Shown piece by piece: positions 45,493-47,052 of a stretch of 47,052 bases of DNA. The notes under the pieces are model-generated. The model was not told where the DNA came from, did not search any database, and was given only the letters and a program-made list of their open reading frames with translations. Origin of the DNA: an uncultured Rhodoferax sp. (lineage in GTDB: Bacteria; Pseudomonadota; Gammaproteobacteria; Burkholderiales; Burkholderiaceae_C); NCBI GenBank assembly GCA_964654655.1, contig CAZZLB010000001.1, positions 1-47,052 of the forward strand. Direction: 5' to 3'. Position 1 is the first letter of the stretch. Every line of letters starts with the position of its first letter. Both the position numbers and the translations under genes were made by a program.

Positions 45493-47052
45493 CTAGAACG
45501 GTGCCACGCGTCCGAAGCCATCGAACGCGTAGCGCAGGTAGACCGTCCCGGTTTGCTGAGAGTAGTTTCGACTATTTTCCAGCGCCAGTCGACCACCGAA
45601 TGCAAACCTGGGTGTCAATGAATATTCAAACCCGCCGTACAAGTTGTAACCCAGACCAGAGCCCGATTCCGCCTCGTAATAGGCAGGATAGGTGGTGCCG
45701 GCCTTCAGGGTCCAGGCCTTTTGCATGGCAGCATCATTCGGGAAATAGGCTACCCGGTCCTGTGAGAAATTTTGCAGACTGAAATCACCACCTAACTGGT
45801 AGCTAAGACCACCTCGACGCCCGGTCCATTCCCAAGGAACACCGAGGCTGAAATACTTCTGCGGACTGAAATAACCGCCATGTCCGAGCGTAAAGAATCC
45901 AAGATTGTCACGAAAAGCCATCGTCGTCAGATTCAGTCCCAGTTTCAATTTGGAGCTGGCACTTTGGTAGATGCGCCAATAAGCACCTACGCCTACCTCG
46001 AATTGTGTGTTGTCCTTGACCTCTTTTCCACTCAGCTGAGCAGCCCCCAAGTCGGCATAAACACCGTGTTCGTCCCCGCCGTAAGTCAGGCCGAAACGGA
46101 CCCCGGTCTTGACCACCCCGCCCCATGACTGCAATGTCTGCGGGTCTCGCATGCCTGCTGACGAAAGCACGCTGTCGGTAACGGCTCTTCGACTCAACGC
46201 AGCTTTCAGCGTCAGATCATCAAGATGACTCGCAAAAGTCAGTTCTCCCACCACATGCGATATCAGGAATCCCAGTGGGGTGGTGCCAATGCGCATGGTC
46301 AGATCATCATCGCGATAGCCAACTGAAAGCGCTACGCCGCTGGCGTCCTGATTTGCCACAGGATCAAAGCCGCTCTGCAATGGCCCAAGGGCCGCTGACC
46401 CAACCTTGGCGATGTTGCCAGGATCGCTGCGGTTCAAGGAACCCACTCCCAAAATGGTGGGCGTCAATCTCAGCGTGAAGACTCCACTGGCACTGGCCGG
46501 CATGCTCACTTCAATCGGAATTTCGAACGCATCGAGCCGACCCAAGCCGGGCTCACCCGAGCGCGCCAGGAAACGTGGGGAAACGTCGATCGTAGTGGCC
46601 AGCTTCAGTTTGATGGCATTAATTTCATCTACCAGCGACGGGGCTTGTTGGGGACTCGGCGGCACAGGAGGCGACGCCAGCGGCCGGTTCGTCGAGGCGA
46701 CCGCTCTGGTTTCTCGCTGATCCGGAATCGGCAGCAGGCCAACGTACTCCCGGTTCGACGTCGGAGCTACATTGGCCAGCCTCGCAGAAGCAATTGACAG
46801 GGGGCTTTCCATTGCTTGCGCTTTTTCCAGGTACACCAAAGCCTGTTCAGCATTGCCACGTTCCTTCTCAACCCGGCCGGCAGCAATCAGCACACGCGTA
46901 TCGTTTGGGCCCAACTCCAGCGCCACACTGGCGTGGCGCGCCGCGCTTTCAATGTCCCTGGCGGCCAGGGCGACGCCACTGGCAAACAAACGATGTTCCA
47001 GGTCGTTGGGCTCACGTGCAATCGCCCGCTCTGCGGTCGTCAGGGCCTGACG
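45493..47052 (-). CDS. bcsC: Cellulose synthase outer-membrane exporter BcsC, C-terminal part (5' end outside the window)
   Basis: The frame is open to the window edge (RQALTTAERAIAREP...). TPR, then RSGEPGLGRL, IGTTPLGF, SRRAVTDSVLS, WGGV and GHGGYFSPQ BcsC-barrel motifs. Confidence 0.92.
   Translation of the reverse strand, partial: RQALTTAERAIAREPNDLEHRLFASGVALAARDIESAARHASVALELGPNDTRVLIAAGRVEKERGNAEQALVYLEKAQAMESPLSIASARLANVAPTSNREYVGLLPIPDQRETRAVASTNRPLASPPVPPSPQQAPSLVDEINAIKLKLATTIDVSPRFLARSGEPGLGRLDAFEIPIEVSMPASASGVFTLRLTPTILGVGSLNRSDPGNIAKVGSAALGPLQSGFDPVANQDASGVALSVGYRDDDLTMRIGTTPLGFLISHVVGELTFASHLDDLTLKAALSRRAVTDSVLSSAGMRDPQTLQSWGGVVKTGVRFGLTYGGDEHGVYADLGAAQLSGKEVKDNTQFEVGVGAYWRIYQSASSKLKLGLNLTTMAFRDNLGFFTLGHGGYFSPQKYFSLGVPWEWTGRRGGLSYQLGGDFSLQNFSQDRVAYFPNDAAMQKAWTLKAGTTYPAYYEAESGSGLGYNLYGGFEYSLTPRFAFGGRLALENSRNYSQQTGTVYLRYAFDGFGRVAPF

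Noticed and set aside
1-47052. CRISPR arrays, tRNA/rRNA, transposases, integrases, phage or defence genes
   Set aside because: None was recognised. The window is almost fully tiled by the listed CDSs.

Overview
Bacterial genomic DNA, GC-rich, with gene content and protein style suggesting a betaproteobacterium (Comamonadaceae-like; this is inference). Almost the whole window is a surface-polysaccharide super-locus. The left edge holds a membrane Ser/Thr kinase (minus strand, runs off the window, missing from the ORF track), a divergent ECF sigma factor, and a PglL-type O-oligosaccharyltransferase. A ~27.5 kb plus-strand run of 25 tightly coupled genes follows. It begins with a cellulose-type module (bcsD, bcsP/R-like, bcsQ, bcsA-like, bcsB, a 139-aa BcsC N-terminal stub, a second bcsQ) and algI/algJ-type O-acetylation genes. 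It continues directly into an exosortase-B (PEP-CTERM) associated Wzx/Wzy EPS cluster (epsA,B,L,D,E,F,G,xrtB,I, flippase, glycosyltransferases, polymerase, Tat-exported GH5). A convergent minus-strand unit encodes a CE4-like protein, AlgF and two AlgX-like acetyltransferases. A further plus-strand unit encodes BcsE, a TPR/beta-barrel exporter, an intact processive GT2 synthase, a small membrane protein and a second CE4-like protein. The right edge is the tail of another bcs operon (bcsC C-terminus and a third bcsQ). The most striking observation is that the BcsA homolog is an intact, translationally coupled ORF that keeps the BcsA scaffold but has lost every catalytic and c-di-GMP motif, so it is an apparent pseudo-synthase. 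The only processive synthase with intact motifs in the window is the PgaC/IcaA-like GT2 in the bcsE unit. No rRNA, tRNA, CRISPR array or transposase was seen.
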